In this document: piece by piece, positions 29,734 through 38,485 of the stretch
Layout of the letters: every line of letters starts with the position of its first letter
Position numbering within the stretch: the stretch's first letter is position 1
From: Candidatus Hinthialibacter antarcticus
GTDB lineage: Bacteria > Hinthialibacterota > Hinthialibacteria > Hinthialibacterales > Hinthialibacteraceae
Direction of reading: 5' to 3'
Length of the DNA: 64,000 nt
Assembly (NCBI GenBank): GCA_030765645.1
Contig: JAVCCE010000052.1
Location: forward strand, 13,662 to 77,661
Translations under genes and position numbers: made by a program
The notes under the pieces: model-generated
Told to the model about the DNA's origin: nothing
Seen by the model: the letters and a program-made list of their open reading frames with translations, nothing else
Databases searched by the model: none

Positions 29734-29985
29734 TCATGAATCGCGAAAACGATGCGCCTCAACACGGATAATCCATAAACGACAAGAAAGAAAGCAAAAG
29801 CGATATACAGTATGGGAAATATCAGACCAACCAAACCCGTCAGCATGAGGTCGCCGCCTTTCTTCTTTGTTGATTGATTGATTTAACGCTTTCTCAACAC
29901 GCTCTAAGCCATGCGCAAGACGCACCAATAAATAGAGAAAATAGAATGGCATGACTAACCAGAACAATAAAAATATGAGTTCCAC
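29734..29985 (-). CDS. Small membrane protein, hypothetical
   Basis: AGGAGA RBS 6 nt before the GTG. One N-terminal TM helix followed by a charged helix. Confidence 0.5.
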   Translation of the reverse strand: MELIFLLFWLVMPFYFLYLLVRLAHGLERVEKALNQSINKEERRRPHADGFGWSDISHTVYRFCFLSCRLWIIRVEAHRFRDS

Positions 29986-30080
29986 CGTCGTCTCCTGTTT
30001 GCGTTCAATCTAGTATATTTTCAAATCGAGACTCTAATAGATACCCTAAACCACAATAAAACATTCATGCCTGGAATTCT

Positions 30081-30575
30081 ATGATTACTTTTGATTTACC
30101 CACTATGTTTCCGCCGGGGACAATGATTTCGTTGCTGCAATCGAGTTATCTGGAACTGCCCGCGACGACCGAAGAGACGGCCTATCATCACGCGCAATGG
30201 CGGCGGACGGAGCGGCTCGCGCTTGAAGACCCCGACGTTGCGGCGTGCGTGTTCATCACCTGTCTGGACGGGCAGCCGATTGGCTTTGGTTCGTTTGATC
30301 CGCGAGGAAAAATCGGAGCCGTGGGGCAGAACGTGATTCACCCTGACCATCGCGGCGGGGGCTACGGGCGCGAGCAACTGCGCGAGATTCTGAAACGCTT
30401 GCGAGAACGCGGCTGCACGTTCGCCCGCGTCAAAACCGGAGAACACGCATTCTTCGCGCCTGCGCAGGCGATGTATCTATCCTGTGGATTTAAAGAACGC
30501 CGCCGCTATTGGCGCGAGGAAATCGACTCGTTCCGCATGGTGGAGTTTGTGGTTGATCTCGAAGCAGCGCTCTAA
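30081..30575 (+). CDS. GNAT-family N-acetyltransferase
   Basis: Motif A 'VIHPDHRGGGYGR' and 'AQAMYLSCGF'. Confidence 0.82.
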   Translation: MITFDLPTMFPPGTMISLLQSSYLELPATTEETAYHHAQWRRTERLALEDPDVAACVFITCLDGQPIGFGSFDPRGKIGAVGQNVIHPDHRGGGYGREQLREILKRLRERGCTFARVKTGEHAFFAPAQAMYLSCGFKERRRYWREEIDSFRMVEFVVDLEAAL

Positions 30576-30584
30576 TTGTCTGAA

Positions 30585-31667
30585 TTATTCTGCTTCATTC
30601 ATCCGCTGCAAGAGGTAATGGTCGGTCAACACCAGCGCCGCCATGGCTTCGACAATCGGCACCGCGCGCGGCAACACGCAGGGGTCATGGCGCCCGCGCG
30701 GTTTGAGCACAGTTTTCTTCTTATCGGATGTGATAGTTTTTTGCGGCTGCAAGATGGTGGCGGTCGGTTTGAAGGCCACACGAAACACAATGTTCTCGCC
30801 GTTGCTGATGCCGCCCTGTACGCCGCCGGAACGGTTGGTGCGGGTGCGCACCTTGCCGCGTGAGACATAAAACTCGTCGTTGTGCTCCGAGCCTTTCATC
30901 TCAATGGATGAAAACCCCGAACCGATTTCGAACCCTTTGGTCGCGGGCAGCGACATCATCGCTTTCGCCAGATCAGCTTCGAGGCGGTCGAACACCGGGT
31001 CGCCCAATCCAACCGGGACATTGCGCACCACGCATTCGATGATCCCCCCCACCGAATCGCCTTCGCGCCGCATTTTGTCCACATACTGGTACATTTTTTC
31101 CGCAAGCACGGGGTCGGGGCATCGTACGTCGTTTGCTTCTATATCTTTCATGCGCACTTTGTTGGGGTCTACTTCGGCGACGAGTTTGTGAATCTGCTTG
31201 ACGTAAGCGATCACCTCGACGCCGCAGCGCGTTTTTAAAATGGTCTTGGCGATCGCGCCCGCCGCCACCCGTCCGATGGTTTCGCGCGCGCTGGTGCGTC
31301 CGCCGCCGCGATGGTCGCGAAAGCCGTACTTGGCGTCGTAGGTATAGTCGGCGTGTGAAGGGCGGTAGGCCGCCGTCATTTCGTTGTAGTCTTTCGAGCG
31401 GTGGTCTTTGTTGCGCACCATCATCGAAATGGGCGTACCCAGCGTCTGGCCTTCAAACACGCCGGAAAGAATTTCGACCTCATCGCCTTCGCGGCGCTGG
31501 CTGACAATCAGGCTCTGGCCGGGTTTGCGGCGGTCGAGTTCGCGTTGAATGGTTTTAATTTCAACCGGGACCTGCGGCGGACAACCGTCCACCACCACGC
31601 CGACCGCGCCGCCGTGCGACTCGCCCCAGGTTGAGATGCGAAAAACATGTCCAAAAATATCGCCCAT
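30585..31667 (-). CDS. aroC: Chorismate synthase
   Basis: [31 protein letters not shown]. Confidence 0.98.
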   Translation of the reverse strand: MGDIFGHVFRISTWGESHGGAVGVVVDGCPPQVPVEIKTIQRELDRRKPGQSLIVSQRREGDEVEILSGVFEGQTLGTPISMMVRNKDHRSKDYNEMTAAYRPSHADYTYDAKYGFRDHRGGGRTSARETIGRVAAGAIAKTILKTRCGVEVIAYVKQIHKLVAEVDPNKVRMKDIEANDVRCPDPVLAEKMYQYVDKMRREGDSVGGIIECVVRNVPVGLGDPVFDRLEADLAKAMMSLPATKGFEIGSGFSSIEMKGSEHNDEFYVSRGKVRTRTNRSGGVQGGISNGENIVFRVAFKPTATILQPQKTITSDKKKTVLKPRGRHDPCVLPRAVPIVEAMAALVLTDHYLLQRMNEAE

Positions 31668-31868
31668 AATCTTTTATCGTTCTTGAAATAGATTTAATCA
31701 ATATCCAGTCTATCGTCTCAAACAACATTCGTGAATGTTTTCGCTTGATAGTAAGCGCGGTTGTCTTTACGCTAGAGGCTTCGCATTGGATGAAAGCCTT
31801 TTCACATCGAGTCAGTCGTTCATAATACCCAACGGTCAAATAAATTTGAACAGACGAACGGATCCCGC

Positions 31869-34268
31869 ATGAAACGCGACGCGCTGGCGTTGGCGATGGT
31901 GTTCATCGCTATTTTATTGTTTACGCATGAAGCCTGGCTGGGCGGACAAAGCCCCTATGGCGGCGATGTCGCTGAACAATTTTATCCCTGGAAAGTATTC
32001 GAACGCGCCCAACTCGCGCAAGGCGAAATTCCCTATTGGAACCCGTACGCCTATGCGGGCGCTCCGTTTCTCGCCAACGTGCAATCGGCGGTGTTTTATT
32101 TGTTTGACTGGATGTTGTTCGTCTTTCCAATGGAACGCTTCTTCGGCCTGTCGTTGGTACTGCATTTCTTGATCGCGGGCGCGGGGGCGTATTGTTTCGC
32201 CCGTATCTGCGGCGCCACCCAGTTTCCGTCAATGATCGCGGGCGCGGCCTATGGGCTGAACGGCTTTGCGATGATCCACATTCCGTTCGGCAACCATCTG
32301 ACCTATGCGGGCGCGGCCTGGGCGCCGTGGATGTTGTTCGCCGCGACCGGGTTTCTGTTCACCCGCGAGCGGCGGCTGGCTTGGGCAATGGCTGCGACGG
32401 CGATCACGTTTTTGCATTTCACCTGCGGGCATCCGCAGATGTTATTTTATTCAATCGTGTTTAGTTTGGTCTTTGTCTTTACGCTGCAAGCCTGGCGGGT
32501 GCGCCGCGACGGCGCCTTTACCTGGACGCAGCCCCTTTGGATGACGACGTTATTTGGGTTCGCCCTGTTGTTGGGCGTATTGATGGCGTCATTTCAATTG
32601 TTCGCTACGTTGGATTATTTGGCGCTGGCCAATCGCGCCGCCTCGCTCGACGTGAATGCGGCCACCGAGTTTTCGTTCGCGCCGCACCGTTTGATTACGC
32701 TGCTGTTCCCTGAATTTTATGGCAGCCAAATCGCTTTTCATTATGATTTCTACGTGTATTGGTCGTGCGCCTATGCGGGGGTGATCGTTCCCTTTTTGGC
32801 GTTGTCGATGTTTCGCAAGGGCGAGCGTCCAGTCGCGGCGGTCCCGCTGGCGGTGATTGCGCTGTTGGGTTTATTTCTCGCCTGTGGACGCGGCAACCCT
32901 ATTTACACGCTGTTGCTTCAAATGCCGGGCTTCGGTTATTTTCGCGCGCCTGCGAAGTTTTTGCCGTATTATCTTGTTGCCGTGAGTGCGCTGGCGGCGT
33001 TGGGGCTTGAGCGTCTCGCGGCGGAAGCGTACCAGAAATTCACCTTGAAGACGCAAAGCAAAGCAGCGAAAGAAGCCGAGTTTGTCGGCTTGGCGCCGTC
33101 AGACAATACCGTCGGGTGGATGCGCATTTTCGGCTTGGTTATTGTGCTGGCCGTTGTGTTTTTCTTTGGCGTTCCGCATTTGTATGGTTTGGTGGATACG
33201 TTACGAACTCAGATGTTGGTCAACATAGCCGGGCCGGAGAGTTTGCGCCAGGCGATTAGCAATATTCGCGCGTATTCGATGTCAATCGGCGGCGTGTTGA
33301 TGTTGAGCGGGTTGGCGATTTATTTGTATGCGAAAAAAGTCCCGAAGGCGCCGCGCGCGGTGATGTCGTTCTCGTTGATGTTGTTGTTATGTTTAGACCT
33401 CTTTTTATTCGGGCGGCAATATTTTTTGGCGACCTTGTATTCCGCTGATGAAATTCAAGCGAACGCTTCAACGCCCGCCGCAGTGAAGTTCATCAAATCC
33501 ATGCCCGATTTTCAGATCGAAGACCGCTTGCAGACGCTCGCGAATTACCGTACGCCCAACCACGCCGTCATGTGGAGAGTTTCAAACACGGCGGGCTACG
33601 ACCCCATGAGTTTGAAATCATACAACAGCCGCATGGCCGTGATGGAAGGCTGGCAAGACGGCGACTATCACGATGACATTGACCTCAAGCAGTATGACCA
33701 TCCTGTCCTCGATGAATTGAATGTGCGTTTTATTTTAACGACGGAACCAATCGACGACCCTGCGGTCAAGCCCTTATTTACCGGCCCGCGTTTACGCGCC
33801 TATGAACGCGCCAGCGATCAACGCAGTTGGGCGGCGATTGCGCAGCGGGCGGCAAGCGACGAAGACGATGCGCTGTCGGACGAGGTTGCAGAAATCGCTG
33901 ACTGGGCGCCGACCCGCGCGACGGTGCAACAATATGAACCCCAGCAGATCGTTTTTGATGTTGACGTTGCTTCGCCGGGCTGGCTGCGGGTGTCCGAGTG
34001 GAACTATCCCCATTGGCGCGCGCGCATTCGTACGGGTGAAGAGCGGTGGCGCCCGCTGAGCGTTTATGCAACCGCAAACGGCTATCGCGCACTGGCGCTA
34101 GACGCGGGGCATTGGACGGTTGAGTTGACTTACAATGAACCGTGGGGACGCTGGTTGTTGACCGGCCTCGCTTGGGTGGTTTTCATCAAACTGGCGGCGC
34201 TCGCGTACCTGCTGGCTACCGGGAAATTCTGGACGTTTATCCAACGCGCATTTGGACGCTACTACTAA
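31869..34268 (+). CDS. YfhO-family membrane protein (GT-C-like glycosyltransferase)
   Basis: GEIPYWNPYAYAGAPFLAN, YFRAPAKF, C-terminal 'SEWNYPHW.A..NGYRA' YfhO-like segment. Confidence 0.82.
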   Translation: MKRDALALAMVFIAILLFTHEAWLGGQSPYGGDVAEQFYPWKVFERAQLAQGEIPYWNPYAYAGAPFLANVQSAVFYLFDWMLFVFPMERFFGLSLVLHFLIAGAGAYCFARICGATQFPSMIAGAAYGLNGFAMIHIPFGNHLTYAGAAWAPWMLFAATGFLFTRERRLAWAMAATAITFLHFTCGHPQMLFYSIVFSLVFVFTLQAWRVRRDGAFTWTQPLWMTTLFGFALLLGVLMASFQLFATLDYLALANRAASLDVNAATEFSFAPHRLITLLFPEFYGSQIAFHYDFYVYWSCAYAGVIVPFLALSMFRKGERPVAAVPLAVIALLGLFLACGRGNPIYTLLLQMPGFGYFRAPAKFLPYYLVAVSALAALGLERLAAEAYQKFTLKTQSKAAKEAEFVGLAPSDNTVGWMRIFGLVIVLAVVFFFGVPHLYGLVDTLRTQMLVNIAGPESLRQAISNIRAYSMSIGGVLMLSGLAIYLYAKKVPKAPRAVMSFSLMLLLCLDLFLFGRQYFLATLYSADEIQANASTPAAVKFIKSMPDFQIEDRLQTLANYRTPNHAVMWRVSNTAGYDPMSLKSYNSRMAVMEGWQDGDYHDDIDLKQYDHPVLDELNVRFILTTEPIDDPAVKPLFTGPRLRAYERASDQRSWAAIAQRAASDEDDALSDEVAEIADWAPTRATVQQYEPQQIVFDVDVASPGWLRVSEWNYPHWRARIRTGEERWRPLSVYATANGYRALALDAGHWTVELTYNEPWGRWLLTGLAWVVFIKLAALAYLLATGKFWTFIQRAFGRYY

Positions 34269-34307
34269 TCCCTATATTTCTATATTCAGGCTGCGTGAGT
34301 CGGGGCA

Positions 34308-34480
34308 GGCGTGGGTACGTCTCTCTTCGCTTCCGTGCGGGCTATCAGGCCCTATGCACAGGCGCTCAACGCCACCCTACTTGAAACGCATCATTCATCT
34401 GCGGTAGGGTGGGCTCGCGTTAGCAGCCCACCATGCAATGTTTCAACAATTCAAACGGGTGGGTTTTTAATCCACCCTAC
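34308..34480. repeat. REP cluster: partial or chimeric 80-bp hairpin (34308-34380, minus) and an inverted GTAG REP pair (34404-34432, 34458-34480)
   Basis: Aligns directly to the other copies. GTAGGGTGG ends. Confidence 0.8.
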
Positions 34481-34505
34481 AAAAAGTGAATGAAAAATCG
34501 CCGTC

Positions 34506-36713
34506 TTATTTCGTTAGCGCGAGCAGCGGCAAGCGCCCTGAACCTTTGCAATGCGCACAGGTGTAGGTCAATCGTTTGGTCAGGCTGCGGCCCGAACGCT
34601 GGCGCGTGATCTGCACCAAGCCCAGATCGGTAAACTGCTGCAAATCGGTCGGGGTGCGGTCTTTGGCGAGCTCGCGTTCGATGGTTTTAAATACGCGGTC
34701 TTGGTTTCGTTTGAGCCGCATGTCGATGAAGTCCACAATGATGATGCCGCCCAACTGGCGCAGCCGCATCTGACGCGCCACTTCAACCGCCGCTTCCTGA
34801 TTGGTCGTCGAGATCATTGCTTCGAGGTCTTTGCCGCTGACGTTTTTGCCGGAGTTTACGTCGATGGCGGTGAGCGTTTCCATTTCTTCGATAATGATGT
34901 AGCCGCCGCAATCCAGATAAACGATATTGCTGAATAAATGGTCGATGTCTTTGGTGAGGTTGTACGCCTTCCAGATCGACTGGGTCGGGTCGTCAAAAAA
35001 GCGGATGAAATCGTCAGCGTCGCGTCGCGGCGAGACCAGTTTCATTGATTGAGTGATGCGGTATTTTAAACGTGGATGATACAGCACCACTTCATCAACT
35101 GCAGTAGAGAAGTGATCGCGCAGCACTCGCTCGAACAGATGCAGCTCGCGGTGAAGGCACTTGGGTTTCGAGCCGGATTCAAACTCGCTCTGTATTTCTT
35201 TCCAACTGCGGGTGAGATATTGCAGGTCCTGGCGAATTTCGCGGGCGCTGTTTCCCGCGGACGCGGTGCGGAAAATCAGCCCGCCGTCGGTCCCGATTTC
35301 TTGCTCGGCCAGTTCGTAGAGCGCCTTGCGTTCTTTATCGTTTAACTGGCGCGACATGCGTACCACTTGGGTGTAGGGCATGTAGATCAAGAAGCGGCCT
35401 GGCATGGAAATTTTCGAGGTCAACGCCGGGCCTTTGTCGCCGATGGCTTCTTTGGCCATTTGCACCAACACTTTATCGCCGGGGCGCAGCGCGTCTTCGA
35501 TTTTGTCGATGCGCTTCTTGCTGCCGCTGCTCTTGCGCTGCCGATAGACCTCCGGGCCCATCTCTTGAAAACTAAGAAAGCCTTCTTTATCGAGACCGAT
35601 ATCAACAAACGCCGCCTGTAGCGCGGGAATCACTTTCGATACCACCCCGCAATAGATGCTGCCTGCTGAGCCGCGGTCAACGCGGTGTTCTTCTTCGACC
35701 CAAAAGTCGGTTACATTCCCGTCTTCGGTAATGACGGCGATGCTGTACGAAGATTCTTCCGCAAAGATCATGCGGCATACTGGCTTTTTAGACGCAGGCG
35801 CCCGTTTGGTCGCGCTGCGGGGCCGCGACGTCTTGGTTCGATCTTGGACGGTAGTTTTTGCTGGTTCAGCGCTGGGTGTTTTCGAAGCGGCAGCCGCTTG
35901 AGGCCGCGCATTACTCGTGCGTTTTGATGAACTTCTACGCCTGGAGGCCGGGCGCTTCGTTTCTGTGGGCGCTTCGTCGGTTGTTGCTGGAGCCTCAACG
36001 GTCGGTTCGCTTGGCGCTGCGCTTTCGGCTACATCGGTTTGTTCAGCCGCTGCGGCCTTGCTTGCAGGACGCTTACGTCCAACGCCGCCGCGTCGACCCC
36101 GACGCGAGGGACGTTTTTTCTCTGTGGTCGCTTCGTCGGTTGTTGCTGGAGCCTCAACGGTCGGTTCGCTTGGCGCTGCGCTTTCGGCTACATCGGTTTG
36201 CTCAGCCGCTGCGGTTTTGCTTGCAGGACGCTTTCGTCCAACGCCGCCGCGCCGACCCCGCCGCGAGGGACGTTTTTTCTCAGCGGAATTTTCGTCTGTT
36301 GTTGCCGGAGCCTCAACGGTCGGTTCGCTTGGCGCTGCGCTCTCGGTCGCAGTTGTTTGCTCAGCCGCTGCGGTCTTGCTTGCGGGACGCTTTCGTCCGA
36401 CGCCGCCGCGTCGACCCCGCCGCGAGGGACGTTTTTTCTCAGTGGAGGTTTCGTCGGTCATTGTCGGAGCCTCAACGGTCGGTTCGCTTGGCGCAGCGCT
36501 CTCTGCAGCAGTTGTTTGCTCAGCCGCTGCGGTCTTGCTAGCAGGACGCTTTCGTCCGACGCCGCCGCGCCGTCCACGACGGGTTGGACGCTTTTTTTGC
36601 GTCTCGTCGCTGCCTGCGGACGCACTTAACTCGGCGCTGTCTGCGTTTTGGTTACGGGATTGACTGTCGGGGGTTGTTTTACTTCGGGTGGTTTTTTTTG
36701 TTGTGGTTTTCAT
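34506..36713 (-). CDS. rne: Rne/Rng-family ribonuclease with a long repetitive N-terminal extension
   Basis: S1 region GSIYCGVV..LQAAFVDIG, QMAKEAIGDKG, TAIDVNSG, IIVDFIDM, Zn-link CAHCKGSG. The rne versus rng label is uncertain. Confidence 0.88.
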   Translation of the reverse strand: MKTTTKKTTRSKTTPDSQSRNQNADSAELSASAGSDETQKKRPTRRGRRGGVGRKRPASKTAAAEQTTAAESAAPSEPTVEAPTMTDETSTEKKRPSRRGRRGGVGRKRPASKTAAAEQTTATESAAPSEPTVEAPATTDENSAEKKRPSRRGRRGGVGRKRPASKTAAAEQTDVAESAAPSEPTVEAPATTDEATTEKKRPSRRGRRGGVGRKRPASKAAAAEQTDVAESAAPSEPTVEAPATTDEAPTETKRPASRRRSSSKRTSNARPQAAAASKTPSAEPAKTTVQDRTKTSRPRSATKRAPASKKPVCRMIFAEESSYSIAVITEDGNVTDFWVEEEHRVDRGSAGSIYCGVVSKVIPALQAAFVDIGLDKEGFLSFQEMGPEVYRQRKSSGSKKRIDKIEDALRPGDKVLVQMAKEAIGDKGPALTSKISMPGRFLIYMPYTQVVRMSRQLNDKERKALYELAEQEIGTDGGLIFRTASAGNSAREIRQDLQYLTRSWKEIQSEFESGSKPKCLHRELHLFERVLRDHFSTAVDEVVLYHPRLKYRITQSMKLVSPRRDADDFIRFFDDPTQSIWKAYNLTKDIDHLFSNIVYLDCGGYIIIEEMETLTAIDVNSGKNVSGKDLEAMISTTNQEAAVEVARQMRLRQLGGIIIVDFIDMRLKRNQDRVFKTIERELAKDRTPTDLQQFTDLGLVQITRQRSGRSLTKRLTYTCAHCKGSGRLPLLALTK
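35961..36596 (-). repeat. Coding tandem repeat, 4 x 159 bp (53 aa)
   Basis: Units begin KKRP at 36596, 36437, 36278 and 36119. Unit consensus KKRPSRRGRRGGVGRKRPASKTAAAEQT..ESAAPSEPTVEAPATTDE. Confidence 0.95.
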
Positions 36714-36971
36714 AAATTCCTATGACCAATTGATTTGGCCTCTAAATTCATTATAGAGGAATTTACAGAGAATGCAAAGAACACATTTTCTCTATAAAAT
36801 TGCAACAGTAGTTGAAAATTCTAATCTAGTATGAGATAGTTGCACTAGATTTATTGCATTGTTTTCTTTTCCGTTCCAGCAAATGTTTCATTAAGTGTAA
36901 TATTTCAAGAACCTTAAGTTGTTTAAAAGATGTGAACCCCGGTTGAATAATTTCACTTTTATGTTAAAAAT

Positions 36972-37337
36972 ATGAGTATAGAGCCGATAGTAGAAGGTAA
37001 GATATCTTTCTTCGTCTATGTGAACAGCAAGACAAGTAGGTGCCAAATAACTAAGTTTGTTGATTCGTTAGAGCAGGATCAACAAATTAAGTTCAGTAAG
37101 CGGATACAGCGCTGGGCTGCCAAGGGAATACCGAATAATGATGAACAATTTAAGCATGAACAAGGAAAAATCTTCGCTTACAAACAAGGCCAAGTCCGAA
37201 TCTACGGTTTTTATAAGTGCAAAACAGAATTTGTATTCACGAATGGCTGCTTAAAGAAAACAGATAAAGCGGATCCGAATGAGCTGTCCCGCGCCGAAGA
37301 ATGCAGACTGCAATGGGAGAAAGAAAATGAACAATAA
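36972..37337 (+). CDS. RelE/ParE-superfamily toxin (Gp49-like)
   Basis: 'FKHEQGKIFAYKQGQVRIYGF..FVFTNGCLKKT' matches the RelE-like Gp49 pattern. Overlaps a downstream HTH gene. Confidence 0.72.
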   Translation: MSIEPIVEGKISFFVYVNSKTSRCQITKFVDSLEQDQQIKFSKRIQRWAAKGIPNNDEQFKHEQGKIFAYKQGQVRIYGFYKCKTEFVFTNGCLKKTDKADPNELSRAEECRLQWEKENEQ

Positions 37338-37683
37338 AGATCAATCGTTCAAAGATTGGTTTCAAAATCTTGAAGATGAGTTTAAAGACGATCCCCGCTA
37401 TGCGCTTGAGGACGTCCTTCTCGATTTTTCTGAAATGATTTGCAAAGCAATGGAAGAACAAAGAATCAGCAAAAGTGAACTCGCCAAGAAAATGGGCAAG
37501 CAGCCGTCTTGGCTTTCCCGTATTTTGGGCGCAGAACATAACCTGACGTTTCTGACCGCCGTTGAAATTGCAATGGCGTTAGATATGAATTTAAAAGTAA
37601 GTTGGAAACCGACAAAGCAAGCAGCAAGTAAATCTTCATCGAAAAACGGTAAGCAGAATCGCGTTATTCAAAACGTAGCGTGA
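37327..37683 (+). CDS. XRE-family HTH antitoxin
   Basis: ISKSELAKKMGKQPSWLSRIL..NLT HTH. Confidence 0.82.
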   Translation: MNNKDQSFKDWFQNLEDEFKDDPRYALEDVLLDFSEMICKAMEEQRISKSELAKKMGKQPSWLSRILGAEHNLTFLTAVEIAMALDMNLKVSWKPTKQAASKSSSKNGKQNRVIQNVA

Positions 37684-37707
37684 AGTTTTATTTATAAGAG
37701 ATGAACT

Positions 37708-38294
37708 CGCTCCGCTCGTTCTTGCCCTTGGTACCCAAACACATTCTAAGGAAGTATTTAAGATTTGATAATCGCAATTAATCCTGTTAATGCACCAAGC
37801 ACTCCGGTGAATGCCGCTATCCAAATTAGATATACTTCCCTCTCTTTTCTCACCAATGTTCTTAGTTCAAGAACTGCTTCTTTAGTGAGACATCTTTTTC
37901 CATTGTACTTTCCCTCCGTCCACTTATTAGCCTCTCTATCGATTGCCGGTATTGGCAAACAATACCTTCGGGCTAAATCAGTCCAGTAACGAGTGTTGAG
38001 GTCGTCTATTTCTTCATCAATGCAATCTGTTTCAAACCATGCTTGTGATCTTATTCCTGAAATTTCATCTCGACTTTTATTATTGTTTTTGGCATTTTTA
38101 ATATCTTTCTGAAAAGAATTTGTGGTACTGTTGCGGCTATTTTGTAATTTCCACAGACTATACCTATAATGAATATAATTCATTATACACACCTCGTATT
38201 TAATAATGAAACTAAAATGGTAAGATATTGTACTATGTTTAATTGCTTGTAATAAGATATGTTTTGGGTGCCAAGGGCAAGGCAGCGCGAAGCG
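37708..38294. mobile_element. Orphan-gene cassette bounded by approximately 35-bp inverted repeats
   Basis: Left CGCTCCGCT..CTTGCCCTTGGTACCCAAACACAT (37708-37744). Right ATGTTTTGGGTGCCAAGGGCAAG..GCGAAGCG (38259-38294). Confidence 0.5.
37758..38183 (-). CDS. AT-rich hypothetical protein with a C-terminal TM helix
   Basis: 141-aa ORF ending IWIAAFTGVLGALTGLIAIIKS. No family recognised. Confidence 0.6.
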   Translation of the reverse strand: MNYIHYRYSLWKLQNSRNSTTNSFQKDIKNAKNNNKSRDEISGIRSQAWFETDCIDEEIDDLNTRYWTDLARRYCLPIPAIDREANKWTEGKYNGKRCLTKEAVLELRTLVRKEREVYLIWIAAFTGVLGALTGLIAIIKS

Positions 38295-38352
38295 CCGACA
38301 GCCCTTGATGAAACCTATGAAAAAATAAAATCAAATCACACGACACTCATTC

Positions 38353-38380
38353 GGTGGGCTGCTTCGCGAGCCCACCCTAC
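38353..38380 (-). repeat. GTAG-type REP
   Basis: Reverse complement GTAGGGTGGGCTCGCGAAGCAGCCCACC, identical to 42159-42186. Confidence 0.85.
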
Positions 38381-38425
38381 CCTGGAAGTGATATACATTT
38401 CACAAAACTGTATTGTTTATTTCAA

Positions 38426-38459
38426 CAAAAAAACGGAGCGACCGTTCAGCCGCCCCGTT
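38426..38459 (-). terminator. Intrinsic terminator after aspS
   Basis: AACGGAGCG..CGCCCCGTT hairpin preceded by an A-run. Confidence 0.6.
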
Positions 38460-38485
38460 CGATAATTCTAAATTGTAATACTCCC

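Noticed and set aside
35858-36663. Long plus-strand ORFs opposite rne (227, 248 and 196 aa)
   Set aside because: These are shadows of the GC-rich 159-bp coding repeat.
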